Assembly (NCBI GenBank): GCA_033762295.1
Contig: JANRLW010000090.1
Coordinates: 35,813-99,812 of the forward strand
From: Capsulimonadales bacterium
GTDB lineage: Bacteria; Armatimonadota; Armatimonadia; Armatimonadales; Armatimonadaceae
Direction: 5' to 3'
DNA: 64,000 bases
Shown: piece after piece, positions 8,285 to 17,274 of the stretch
How the letters are laid out: each line of letters opens with the position of its first letter
Numbering within the stretch: the stretch's first letter is position 1
Made by a program: the position numbers and the translations under genes
Notes under the pieces: generated by a model
Database searches by the model: none
What the model was told of the DNA's origin: nothing
The model's input: the letters and a program-made list of their open reading frames with translations, nothing else

Positions 8285-10561
8285 CTACCGTTCGGGAGGA
8301 CCGATCAGGCCATAGTAGCGGCCCATCCAGTAAGCCATCAGCCAGTCATTCTGCCGGTCCTCCCGTTCGCCGTTACGCCCGATCACGGCTTTGTACGGCT
8401 CCTGGTCGAACATACAGAGACCCATTTCGCTGCGCGGCGGCAGACGTTTGAGGCGGAATTCGTCGATTCCGGGCGTCAGGTCACGTTCGATATCCTCGCG
8501 CAGACGGTTATCCACCGTCCATTCGATATGGTCGAGCGGCCAGTCCCGCAGCTGTTCGACCGCCGCGTCCAACGGCACGCGGTCCCCCGAATACCGGTTA
8601 TAGACGAAATCGTAGAACGGTATCCGGTCATGGCGAATAAACCGGTGCCAGTTGCGCATACTGGTTCGCATCACCTGACGCAGTTCGGGTGAAACCGCAT
8701 GGGTGACGGCATAGGGATAGACCATGGACAGCAGTTCGTCCTCGATGTGCGTATGCTCGGAGGGCGTACCGAAGTGAACGTTCGCGGCGCGTTTGTCGTA
8801 GCCGTACTTCCCGGTGAGGAGTTTTGTCGCTTCGATATAGCGCGGGTTTTTCGTCATGTGGTAGGCGACGCCCAGGAAGGCCAGAATCTCGATCGCGTTG
8901 CCGCCGGACTCCTCGTTCCAGGTGGGATCATCGACGAGGCTTTCCGGGTTCCAGTGGCCCCAGCGGGTGGCGACGCCGTCGATATCCCGGAGGACGAACC
9001 CGTGGTCCACGATCCCGCCGATGATCCGGTCGACCTGCGCCGCCACCCGCTTCTTTTCCTCATCGTCGGCGGCCAGGTCAAAATAGTGGCTATAGCCGAA
9101 CATATGTCCGTCGACCTCGTCCGAACTGGCGTCACGTTTCCAGAGCCACTTGCCGTCGGCCGAGGGGACCCACCGTTTCTCGATGATCTTCTCACGCGGG
9201 TCCTGGCGTCGTGACTCAGCGATTTCCAGCGGGGTAAACGTCCGGTCGACCTCGTGGCGCGGCGGGGTTCCGATCGGAAGGACGGACCGCGCGATGAAGT
9301 GGCGGGTGCCGGTCACCTGTTGCAGGACTTCGAGCGCATGGAACGCGGCTTTCGCGTTTTCGCGGGCCTGCGGGTCTTTGGTGACGGCGTAGCGCATCGA
9401 TTCCATCGCCAGGTACATGCCGGTATGTTCACCGTCGTTGTCGTCATCCTCGATGAAGCTTTCCGAGAGGTCACCGGGTTTGACCAGGACGGCGGGACCG
9501 ACGAGACCGGGCGGGCGCAGGTGGCGGGCGCGCAGGTCCTTCAGAAGTTCGTCGGCCTTGTCGGCGAGGGTCATTTTTCGACGGCGGATCGCATCGACGC
9601 CGCCGGCGGTGGCGACCCAGGCGGTTCCGTCCGGACCGACAGCGACATCGCGGACATCGTCGTCGAGGAGCCAGCGTCGACTATGGCGCAGAGTCCATGC
9701 GTGGGCCTCTCTCCGAACGACCCCGTTAGGCGTTGCGATCCAGTAGCGACCGTCGGCATCCACGGTCACGCTGCGTGCGGTCCGAAACGGCATCCCCTGC
9801 GCCTGCGAGAGCGATCGAACACGTTTCTCGCCCCGGTAGAAATCGAGGCCGCCGGTGGACGCGATGCACAGGGTTCCGTCGGGCATCTCCTCCAGATCGT
9901 GGATATTGCTGCTGAGCAGGACGTCCGGGCGTCCGAAGCGGCGGGCGGGGGGCGCGCCGGGGGCCAGACTTTGCCGGTACAGCCCACTCGCCGAACCGAT
10001 CCCGAGGGCGTTGTCGGCGGTCAGCGCGACCGCGCGTATCGCCCGGTGCCATGCGCCGGAAACCGGACGCCAGCCGTTGCTGCCGCGCCGGAGGCGGATA
10101 CCGTCCGGCCCGGCGGCAACGACGGTTTCGCCTTCCGGCGTTTCGCGGATCGAAATCGCCCCGACCGGGCGCAGGTCGAGGTCGGTCGGCGTAATCCCGT
10201 CCGGTGTCGCGCGAAACAGTCCGTTCGCGGCCCCGACATACAGACGACCGCCCCGGTCGAGGCGGAGGGCGTTGGCCGGACCCGTCGCGTCGGAGCCGGA
10301 CGGCGTCCGCCAGGTTTTACCTTCCAGGTAACGAACGCCGGCGGCCGTCGCGATCCAGACCCGTTGCTGTCGGTCGAGAGCGATCGCACGGACATCGTTC
10401 TCGGCGGCGGAACCGAGTGGGAACGCTTCGTGGTATTCCTGGAAAAAGGGTGTGTCCCGGATCGGGGATTGGGCGAGGCCGGTGACCGGCAGGGCGAGCA
10501 GCGCAAGAACGAACGCGGGAACCGACCGTAACGAAACGAAAATGTGAGGGCGCAACGACAT
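8285..10561 (-). CDS. Secreted protein with an N-terminal regulator-type beta-propeller and a C-terminal helical catalytic-like domain
   Basis: GGAGGT RBS before ATG 10561; signal peptide; WIATAAG/WIATPNG/WVATAGG propeller repeats; acidic motifs DDDNDGEHTG and DASSDEVDGH. Confidence 0.75.
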   Translation of the reverse strand: MSLRPHIFVSLRSVPAFVLALLALPVTGLAQSPIRDTPFFQEYHEAFPLGSAAENDVRAIALDRQQRVWIATAAGVRYLEGKTWRTPSGSDATGPANALRLDRGGRLYVGAANGLFRATPDGITPTDLDLRPVGAISIRETPEGETVVAAGPDGIRLRRGSNGWRPVSGAWHRAIRAVALTADNALGIGSASGLYRQSLAPGAPPARRFGRPDVLLSSNIHDLEEMPDGTLCIASTGGLDFYRGEKRVRSLSQAQGMPFRTARSVTVDADGRYWIATPNGVVRREAHAWTLRHSRRWLLDDDVRDVAVGPDGTAWVATAGGVDAIRRRKMTLADKADELLKDLRARHLRPPGLVGPAVLVKPGDLSESFIEDDDNDGEHTGMYLAMESMRYAVTKDPQARENAKAAFHALEVLQQVTGTRHFIARSVLPIGTPPRHEVDRTFTPLEIAESRRQDPREKIIEKRWVPSADGKWLWKRDASSDEVDGHMFGYSHYFDLAADDEEKKRVAAQVDRIIGGIVDHGFVLRDIDGVATRWGHWNPESLVDDPTWNEESGGNAIEILAFLGVAYHMTKNPRYIEATKLLTGKYGYDKRAANVHFGTPSEHTHIEDELLSMVYPYAVTHAVSPELRQVMRTSMRNWHRFIRHDRIPFYDFVYNRYSGDRVPLDAAVEQLRDWPLDHIEWTVDNRLREDIERDLTPGIDEFRLKRLPPRSEMGLCMFDQEPYKAVIGRNGEREDRQNDWLMAYWMGRYYGLIGPPER

Positions 10562-10680
10562 ACCTCCCGGAGACCTTCGGACATTTCCCCGGCGACCGAG
10601 GCGTTCCCCGTACCGACGGTCCTCTAATGTTGCTTCGTCGCTTGCCGGATTTCCTCCCGTGGGCCAGGCCGCCGCCTCCC

Positions 10681-10720
10681 GTGACGTTCGGCGACATTCG
10701 GCGACATTCGGGGACGTTCG
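10681..10720. repeat. Four tandem 10-bp direct repeats, consensus GNGACRTTCG
   Basis: gtgacgttcg gcgacattcg gcgacattcg gggacgttcg. Confidence 0.9.
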
Positions 10721-10729
10721 GGGAATCGC

Positions 10730-10759
10730 TTGCCACCTTTTCATCGGAAACGGTATAAT
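10730..10759 (+). promoter_or_regulatory. sigma70-like promoter TTGCCA-N18-TATAAT for the phn operon
   Basis: Read directly from the sequence; lies upstream of phnD. Confidence 0.7.
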
Positions 10760-10886
10760 GCACCTGCCCGGAGCGTACCGAGACACCGGTATCGGTGACC
10801 GTTCGCTCCCGCGCCGTCCATCGTTGCGCGACGCCGCCCGTTTCCGATTCCGGTCCGTTTGTGCGATGGCATCCGAGGAAAGTACC

Positions 10887-11924
10887 ATGAGATTTACCCG
10901 CCGACTGTTCGTTGTCTGTGCGGTTTCCCTTCTGACATCGATAACCGCGTTTACCGCCGGTTGCGGCGAGACAACGCCTGAGGCGGGGAACGCCTCCGGC
11001 GCGCCGTCCGCCGGTGCTTCTCCGGCGACCTCCGGGGAAACGCCGAAGGAACTCGTGCTCGGATTCACCCCGGCAGCCGAGGCGACGAAAGTGGGCGACT
11101 ACGCGAAACCGCTGGCCGAGCATCTGGGTAAGGAACTGGGGATACCGGTGAAGACGTTCACCTCGACCGATTACAGCGGTCTGGTGGAGGCGATGGGCAG
11201 TGGAAAGGTCGATATCGGCGCGGTCCCGCCGCTTGCCTATGTGCTTGCCAGCGATCAACAAGCCGCCAAGGTCATTCTCAAGGTGCAGCGCAAAGATAAG
11301 ACGACCGGAAAACCGACCCTCACCTACCGCGCCATGTTCGTCGCCAAGGCGGGATCGGGGATCAAGAAGATCGAAGACGCCAAGGGGAAGCGCATGGCCT
11401 TTGTCGATCCGTCCTCGACCTCCGGCTACCTGTTCCCGGCCGCCTATCTGAAGGCGAAGGGCTATGATCCGGAATCGTTCTTCTCGCAACTGATCTATGC
11501 CGGGTCGCACGATCGGGCGGTGCAGTCGGTCTACAACGGCGATGTCGATGTCGCCGCCTGCTACGACGACGTCCGGGACCTTCTCGTGAAGAACGGTGTC
11601 AAAGACGCGAAGGAGAAGGTCGTCATCGTCGAGTACACCGGCGAGATCCCGAACGACACCATCTCGGTCCGCGCGAATATGGACGAAGCCCTCACCAACC
11701 GGATCAAGTCCATCCTGATCGCCTATGCGAAGACCGAGGAGGGGAAGAAGACGCTGGATAACCTGTATCAGGCGGTCGATCTGGTCGAGGCGCAGGACAG
11801 CGATTACGATTCGGTCCGCGAGGTTGCGAAGTCGATGGACGTTCAACTGTCGATGTTCTCCAAGGACAAGAAACCGGCGAGCGGCGCTCCGTCTCCCGCC
11901 CCGTCCGCCGCAAAGGCACCCTAG
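10887..11924 (+). CDS. phnD: Phosphate/phosphite/phosphonate ABC transporter substrate-binding lipoprotein
   Basis: Lipobox-like TAGC; AFVDPSSTSGYLFP; AGSHDRAV; IPND. Confidence 0.9.
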   Translation: MRFTRRLFVVCAVSLLTSITAFTAGCGETTPEAGNASGAPSAGASPATSGETPKELVLGFTPAAEATKVGDYAKPLAEHLGKELGIPVKTFTSTDYSGLVEAMGSGKVDIGAVPPLAYVLASDQQAAKVILKVQRKDKTTGKPTLTYRAMFVAKAGSGIKKIEDAKGKRMAFVDPSSTSGYLFPAAYLKAKGYDPESFFSQLIYAGSHDRAVQSVYNGDVDVAACYDDVRDLLVKNGVKDAKEKVVIVEYTGEIPNDTISVRANMDEALTNRIKSILIAYAKTEEGKKTLDNLYQAVDLVEAQDSDYDSVREVAKSMDVQLSMFSKDKKPASGAPSPAPSAAKAP

Positions 11925-11944
11925 GAAAGGCGGCTGTTGCCCGT

Positions 11945-12790
11945 ATGCCTTCCGAGCGCCCGTCGGTCGAACCGCTCGTCGTGCTGGAGAACGTGTCCAA
12001 GCGGTACCCCAACGGGCACCTGGCCCTGGACCGGGTCTCGCTGTCCTTCCGCCCCGGCGAGTTCGTCGTCATCGTCGGACTATCCGGCGCGGGAAAATCC
12101 ACGCTTATCCGCTGCCTGAACCGGCTGGTCGAGCCGACCGAAGGACGTATCCTGATCGCCGGAGAGGATATTACCCGGTTCGGTGATGCCGACCTGCGAC
12201 GTCAGCGCGCGAAGATCGGGATGATCTTCCAGAACTACAACCTGGTGCGTCGCTCCTCGGTATTGCGGAACGTCCTGGCGGGGCGGCTGGCGCACCTGCC
12301 GACCTGGCGAACGGTGATGGGATGGTTTCCGAAGGACGATATCCGTCTGGCCCTTCGCTGCCTGCAGCGGGTCGGCATTCCGGAAAAGGCGTATCAACGG
12401 GCGGACACGCTTTCGGGAGGGCAACAGCAACGGGTGGCGATCGCCCGTGCGCTGGCGCAGGAACCGATGATCCTGCTGGCCGACGAACCCGTGGCCTCAC
12501 TGGACCCGCCGACCGCCCACCAGGTTCTGCGCGACCTGAAACTCCTTTCCCGTGAGGAGAATCTGCTGACCTTCGTCAATCTGCACTTTGTCGATATGGC
12601 GATGGAGTATGCCGATCGGATTATCGGATTACGCGCCGGCAAGGTCGTGTTCGACGGTCCGACGACCGGCATGACCGAATCGACCTTCGAGGAGATCTAC
12701 AACCGCCGGATTCGACCGGACGACCTGCGCGGTGCGGTCGACGACCGGAGTCCGACACCGCTATTGCCGGAGACGATCGTTGTCCGCTAG
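11945..12790 (+). CDS. phnC: Phosphonate ABC transporter ATP-binding protein
   Basis: GLSGAGKST, LSGGQQQRVAIARAL, LADEPVASLDP, VNLH. Confidence 0.93.
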   Translation: MPSERPSVEPLVVLENVSKRYPNGHLALDRVSLSFRPGEFVVIVGLSGAGKSTLIRCLNRLVEPTEGRILIAGEDITRFGDADLRRQRAKIGMIFQNYNLVRRSSVLRNVLAGRLAHLPTWRTVMGWFPKDDIRLALRCLQRVGIPEKAYQRADTLSGGQQQRVAIARALAQEPMILLADEPVASLDPPTAHQVLRDLKLLSREENLLTFVNLHFVDMAMEYADRIIGLRAGKVVFDGPTTGMTESTFEEIYNRRIRPDDLRGAVDDRSPTPLLPETIVVR

Positions 12791-13616
12791 GACGGCTCGT
12801 CCGGAGGTCGCGGAGACGGAGATCCCCCGTCCTCCGTTTCCCTGGCAGGGATGGATCGCCGCCGTCGCGGTCGTCGGACTGCTCTGGTGGAGTTCGATGC
12901 CACCGCCAATCGGGACCGGGTTCAACCTCCGCGAAGTGGTCGAGGGATGGCCACAGATGCAGGTCTTCTTTCAAAGGCTGTTTCCGACGCCGGACAGACC
13001 CTGGCCGCTCGACTACCTGCCGCAGATCGTGAACCGTATGACGGAGACGCTGAAGATCGCGACCGCCGCCTCGATCTTCGGCGCGGTGTTCGCTCTGCCG
13101 TTCGCGATGCTGGCGGCGCGCAATCTGGCGGCGGGGCGGATTGTCTATGGCTTCGGTCGCGGTCTCCTCAACCTGATCCGCACGATCCCCGACCTGGTGC
13201 TGGCGGCCCTCCTCGCTTCCGCCTTCGGAATCGGACCGCTGCCAGGTGTTCTCGCGCTGACGATCTTCACCTTCGGCGTGGTCGCGAAACTTCTCTCCGA
13301 TACGATCGAAACGGTCGATCCGGGGCCGCAGGAGGCGATTACCGCCGCGGGAGGAAACCGAATCCAGCAGGCGTTGTTCGCCGTCTTCCCGCAGGTCGCG
13401 CCGGATTTCGTCGCGTACTCCCTCTATGCGTTCGAGGTGAACATCCGGGCGGCGGCGTTTCTCGGATATGTCGGCGCGGGCGGTATCGGAATGATCCTGA
13501 ATCGGGACGTCAAATTCTTCAATTATGGCCGCGTCGGTCTGATTATCACCACGATCTTCGTGACGGTGCTGATCATCGACACCGTCTCAACCACGATCCG
13601 AAGGAGGCTGGTCTGA
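12780..13616 (+). CDS. phnE: Phosphonate ABC transporter permease
   Basis: RTIPDLVLA, FEVNIRAA, GYVGAGGIG; TTG start inferred. Confidence 0.9.
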   Translation: MSARTARPEVAETEIPRPPFPWQGWIAAVAVVGLLWWSSMPPPIGTGFNLREVVEGWPQMQVFFQRLFPTPDRPWPLDYLPQIVNRMTETLKIATAASIFGAVFALPFAMLAARNLAAGRIVYGFGRGLLNLIRTIPDLVLAALLASAFGIGPLPGVLALTIFTFGVVAKLLSDTIETVDPGPQEAITAAGGNRIQQALFAVFPQVAPDFVAYSLYAFEVNIRAAAFLGYVGAGGIGMILNRDVKFFNYGRVGLIITTIFVTVLIIDTVSTTIRRRLV

Positions 13617-14425
13617 TGTCGACCGACCACGGGCAGGGGTTGCCTCCGGGGGCGCGTCCGGCCTATGGCGTGGCGATCGGGTACGCGGTCCTGACCGTGG
13701 CGGCGCTCGCCTGGTCGCTGTCCGGTATCGAGGTGTCGCCGGAACGGATCATGCGCGGCTTCGGTCAGGCCGGGCACCTGCTGACGATGATGTTCCTCCA
13801 ACCGGACTGGTCGTATGTCGCAAAGGAGGACGGTCTTCTCGAAGGTCTGCGGCAGAGCGTCCAGATTGCGGCTCTGGGAACGGCGATCGCCGCGGTTCTG
13901 GCGATTCCGTTTGGCGTGCTGGCGGCGCGCAACCTTTACCCGTTACCGATTGCGCCCCTGATCGGCAAGCAGCTCCTCAACCTGATCCGCACCTTCCCGG
14001 AGTTGCTGCTAGCGATCGCGTTTATCAAGGGAATCGGTCCGGGAGCGTTCGCGGGCGTTCTGGCGATCGGCATCCATTCGATCGGAATGATGGGGAAACT
14101 GTACGCCGAGCGGATCGAAACGACCGACAAAGGGGCATTGGAATCTCTCCGCGCGGCCGGCGCGTCCCCGCTGGAGGTCTTCGTCTTCGGAATCGTCCCG
14201 GAGGTCCTGCCCGATTTTCTGTCGTTCACACTGTACCGGTTCGATCTGAACATCCGATCGGCGACGGTTCTCGGGATTGTCGGCGCGGGCGGCATCGGCG
14301 AGAAGCTGGTTTTTCAGCAGATGTCTTCCAACTGGCATACGATCGGCGTGATCGTGATGGGGATTATCGTGACGATCCTGCTGGTCGATTTTATTTCGGG
14401 GAAATTGCGGGCGAAACTGGCGTAG
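13616..14425 (+). CDS. phnE: Phosphonate ABC transporter permease (second copy)
   Basis: TGATG coupling; RTFPELL, YRFDLNIRSATVLGIVGAGGIG. Confidence 0.9.
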   Translation: MSTDHGQGLPPGARPAYGVAIGYAVLTVAALAWSLSGIEVSPERIMRGFGQAGHLLTMMFLQPDWSYVAKEDGLLEGLRQSVQIAALGTAIAAVLAIPFGVLAARNLYPLPIAPLIGKQLLNLIRTFPELLLAIAFIKGIGPGAFAGVLAIGIHSIGMMGKLYAERIETTDKGALESLRAAGASPLEVFVFGIVPEVLPDFLSFTLYRFDLNIRSATVLGIVGAGGIGEKLVFQQMSSNWHTIGVIVMGIIVTILLVDFISGKLRAKLA

Positions 14426-14428
14426 ACT

Positions 14429-14463
14429 CCTCACCCCGGATCGCCGGGATTACCGGGGTGAGG
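14429..14463. terminator. Inverted repeat between convergent genes, probable terminator
   Basis: CCTCACCCCGG ... CCGGGGTGAGG. Confidence 0.65.
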
Positions 14464-14470
14464 TTGGGGA

Positions 14471-14722
14471 CTACGCTCCGCGCAGTTCGTCGGAGGGTGG
14501 CGGAAGCAACGCCTTGTCGATCGCGCGTTCCGCCATGCGAACGAACTCGTTGTCGCCGTAGCGGGATTTGACCAGACCGAGAGCGTCGCGTCCGATCCGT
14601 CCGAGGGTATCCCCCCATTGATCGCGGGGCACTTTGCGTGAGAGAACGATCAATCCCACGGTGACCGCGCCGACGACGACTCCGGCGAGAAGATAACGCT
14701 TTCGCGTCTCATCCATTTCCAA
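14471..14722 (-). CDS. Small single-TM hypothetical protein
   Basis: AAGGAG RBS; N-terminal hydrophobic helix. Confidence 0.7.
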   Translation of the reverse strand: MEMDETRKRYLLAGVVVGAVTVGLIVLSRKVPRDQWGDTLGRIGRDALGLVKSRYGDNEFVRMAERAIDKALLPPPSDELRGA

Positions 14723-14867
14723 TGTTGGCTCCTTGTAATCGGGCTACGGGAACCGCCCGAAGTGACGATGCGACACTGTTATACCCAAAACGGGTCAGAC
14801 GCGGATGTCGGAGCGGCGTATCGATCGGAAAAAGGAAAGACCGCCGTCACCGGCGGTCCTGGCAACG

Positions 14868-15119
14868 CTATCGTCGGCTTTTCCGGGCCGACTTGTACCG
14901 GGAATCGCCCCGGTCACGGGACGGAGGGGGACCGGTCTCGCCGGCCGCGATCTGTCGGAACACCTGCGAAAGGTCGAGCATTTTACCGCAGCGTCCGCAG
15001 AAGAAGTTATTGCGCTGAATAGCCGACGGCGGGATCTGCGACGGGTGGTTACATTCGGGGCAAACGACCTGGATCTCACGTCGTCCGCCGCCGCCGATGA
15101 TTTTTGCCTGCATAACCAT
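14868..15119 (-). CDS. Small zinc-ribbon protein
   Basis: GAAAGGA RBS; CPEC...CGRC; basic C-terminus. Confidence 0.7.
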   Translation of the reverse strand: MVMQAKIIGGGGRREIQVVCPECNHPSQIPPSAIQRNNFFCGRCGKMLDLSQVFRQIAAGETGPPPSRDRGDSRYKSARKSRR

Positions 15120-15337
15120 CGTTCCTTTCTTTCGAAGCGGTTCTGCCGCGTTCGAACGCCGGGCCGGTACCTTCCGGTACTTGTCCGGCAATCGCCGTTC
15201 ACCCGGTGGCTACCCCCTCGGGCGGCGCGGGCGAAAGGCGTTGATTTGATCTTTTGAGACCGGGAAGGAGACACCGTTGCGCCGGAAACGGAGGCGCATT
15301 ATCGGATACCATTCAAACGATCAGTCGATCGGACGTC

Positions 15338-15368
15338 AAAAAAGGCCACGGCATGTTGCCCCGTGACC
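15338..15368 (-). terminator. Rho-independent terminator
   Basis: GGUCACGG-loop-CCGUGGCC-UUUUUU; the G-U wobble works only on the minus strand. Confidence 0.8.
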
Positions 15369-15485
15369 GCGGTACGATCGCCAGAAGGTTTCGCATCCTG
15401 TCGTCTCCCGAACAGGAAGCCCGCCTCCTTGAAAAGGATGACCGAGAGGCATCCTCACGTTACAAATGTGGCTAAATGGGAACGT
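15338..15485 (-). ncRNA. Candidate ~150-nt small RNA or attenuated leader
   Basis: Bounded by a TTTACA-N17-TATAAT promoter and an intrinsic terminator; two internal hairpins; no convincing ORF. Confidence 0.6.
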
Positions 15486-15491
15486 CGATGA

Positions 15492-15520
15492 ATTATATCA
15501 TCCTCTTTTACGAATGTAAA
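15492..15520 (-). promoter_or_regulatory. sigma70 promoter TTTACA-N17-(TGa)TATAAT
   Basis: Plus strand shows ATTATA at 15492-15497 and TGTAAA at 15515-15520; extended -10. Confidence 0.8.
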
Positions 15521-15597
15521 TCGTTTTAAGCGAATCGTTTTGTCCGACCGGGTAGGAAGGGGGCGCACGACCGCCGCCGTATCTCGGTCTGCGGGGG

Positions 15598-15627
15598 TTG
15601 CCGCCGCACCCTTTGTACGGCTATAAT
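15598..15627 (+). promoter_or_regulatory. sigma70-like promoter TTGCCG-N18-TATAAT
   Basis: Upstream of the SLH gene and the aro cluster. Confidence 0.6.
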
Positions 15628-15668
15628 CCCGATAGCGGTCCGTTCCGGGCCGGCGGAAGGAGCCTCCT

Positions 15669-16154
15669 TTGCGAAATCGAGCACCGTTTTTTCCGGCTGC
15701 GCTGATCGGCGTTTTTGCGCTGACCCCGGCGCAGGCGCAGGTCGCGGGTTTTTCGGACGTCCCGGCCAATCACTGGGCCGCGGAGAGCGTTCAAAAGCTG
15801 GCCGCGATGGGGATTCTTCAGGGAAACCCCGTCAAAAAGCCGACCCCGGCGAAATTCGACGGCAACAAGCCGGTCACACGCTACGAACTTGCGGCGACCC
15901 TGTATCGATTCGTGCTTTATATGGAGCGAGCCGACCGACAGCCGAAGTCCAAACTGGGAGCGGACGCCAGCGGGGCGGACGCCGTAAAATATCTGACCGA
16001 CAACGGCTATCTGCCCAAGGGCACGCCGCTGGCGAAGAACGGGAACACCCTGGTGACGGCGAACCTGTTCGCGGATTCGCTCTACACGGTCATGGCGCGT
16101 ATCCGCGAAAAGAGCGTGCCGGTGACCCCCGGCTCGAAATATTCCGCCGATTGA
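15669..16154 (+). CDS. S-layer homology (SLH) domain protein
   Basis: Signal peptide; FSDVPANHWA...FDGNKPVTRYELA. Confidence 0.85.
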   Translation: MRNRAPFFPAALIGVFALTPAQAQVAGFSDVPANHWAAESVQKLAAMGILQGNPVKKPTPAKFDGNKPVTRYELAATLYRFVLYMERADRQPKSKLGADASGADAVKYLTDNGYLPKGTPLAKNGNTLVTANLFADSLYTVMARIREKSVPVTPGSKYSAD

Positions 16155-16244
16155 GGCGGGCCGACCGATCCGCCTGCGGCGACGATCCGGTCGGAGGATA
16201 CCTGGCGAAAAGCGAGACACAGACAGGTTGAAGGAGCGGAGTGC

Positions 16245-17267
16245 ATGGTTATCGTTATGAAGCCCGACGCGACGGAGCGGAACCGGGAGGATGTGGTTCG
16301 GAATCTGGAAGGGCGGGGCTACGGGGTCCATGTCTCTGTCGGCGCGGTGCAGACGATCATCGGCGTGATCGGCGTCGATATCGAGCAGAAAGCGGAGCTT
16401 TTCGACCAGTTCGAGGCGCTGCCGTTCGTCGAAAAGTGCATCGCCATCTCCCGGCCCTACAAGCTGGTGGATAAGGCGTTCCGCCCCGAAGGAACGATCA
16501 TCAACGTGCGGGGTGTGCCGATCGGCGGCGACACCGCCGTGATGATGGCCGGTCCCTGTACCGTCGAAACCGAGGAGCAGTTGATGGAGGCGGCAAAAGC
16601 GGTGCGTGCCGCCGGCGCCCATATCCTGCGCGGTGGGGCGTACAAACCCTCGACCTCGCCCTATTCGTTCCACGGACACGGTGTCGCCGCGCTGAAAATG
16701 CTGGCGAATGCCCGGGCCGAAACCGGCATGCCGGTCATTACCGAGGTCATGGACGTTCGCGATGTGGAAGTCGTCTGCGAGTACGCCGATATTCTTCAGA
16801 TCGGCACCCGAAACGCGCAGAACTATAACCTGCTCCGTGAGGTCGGCAAGGCGCGGACGCCGGTCATGCTGAAGCGGGGAATGTCGAGCCGCATCGAGGA
16901 GTGGCTTCAGGCGGCGGAATATATCGCGTCCCAGGGCAACTACGATATCATGCTCTGCGAACGCGGCATCCGGACCTTCGAGACGTACACACGCAATACG
17001 TTCGATATCAATGCGATACCGGCCATCAAGGAACTGTCGCACCTGCCGATCATCGCCGATCCGTCCCACGGCACCGGCAAGGCGTCTCTGGTGGCGGCGG
17101 TGACCCTGGCCGCTTTCGCCGCCGGAGCCGACGGAGCCATTGTCGAGGTGCATCCCAACCCGGCGAAGGCGCTGAAAGACGGCGCACAGTCCCTGACACC
17201 GACCGCCTTCCGGGCGATGATGAGCGACCTGGAACGGCTGGCGCCGATCACGGGTCGACATCTCTGA
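16245..17267 (+). CDS. aroF: DAHP synthase (type I-beta, N-terminal regulatory domain)
   Basis: [39 protein letters not shown]. Confidence 0.95.
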   Translation: MVIVMKPDATERNREDVVRNLEGRGYGVHVSVGAVQTIIGVIGVDIEQKAELFDQFEALPFVEKCIAISRPYKLVDKAFRPEGTIINVRGVPIGGDTAVMMAGPCTVETEEQLMEAAKAVRAAGAHILRGGAYKPSTSPYSFHGHGVAALKMLANARAETGMPVITEVMDVRDVEVVCEYADILQIGTRNAQNYNLLREVGKARTPVMLKRGMSSRIEEWLQAAEYIASQGNYDIMLCERGIRTFETYTRNTFDINAIPAIKELSHLPIIADPSHGTGKASLVAAVTLAAFAAGADGAIVEVHPNPAKALKDGAQSLTPTAFRAMMSDLERLAPITGRHL

Positions 17268-17274
17268 TCCATCC

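Noticed and set aside
10681..10728. CRISPR-like repeat
   Set aside because: The units are 10 bp with no spacers, and there are no cas genes.
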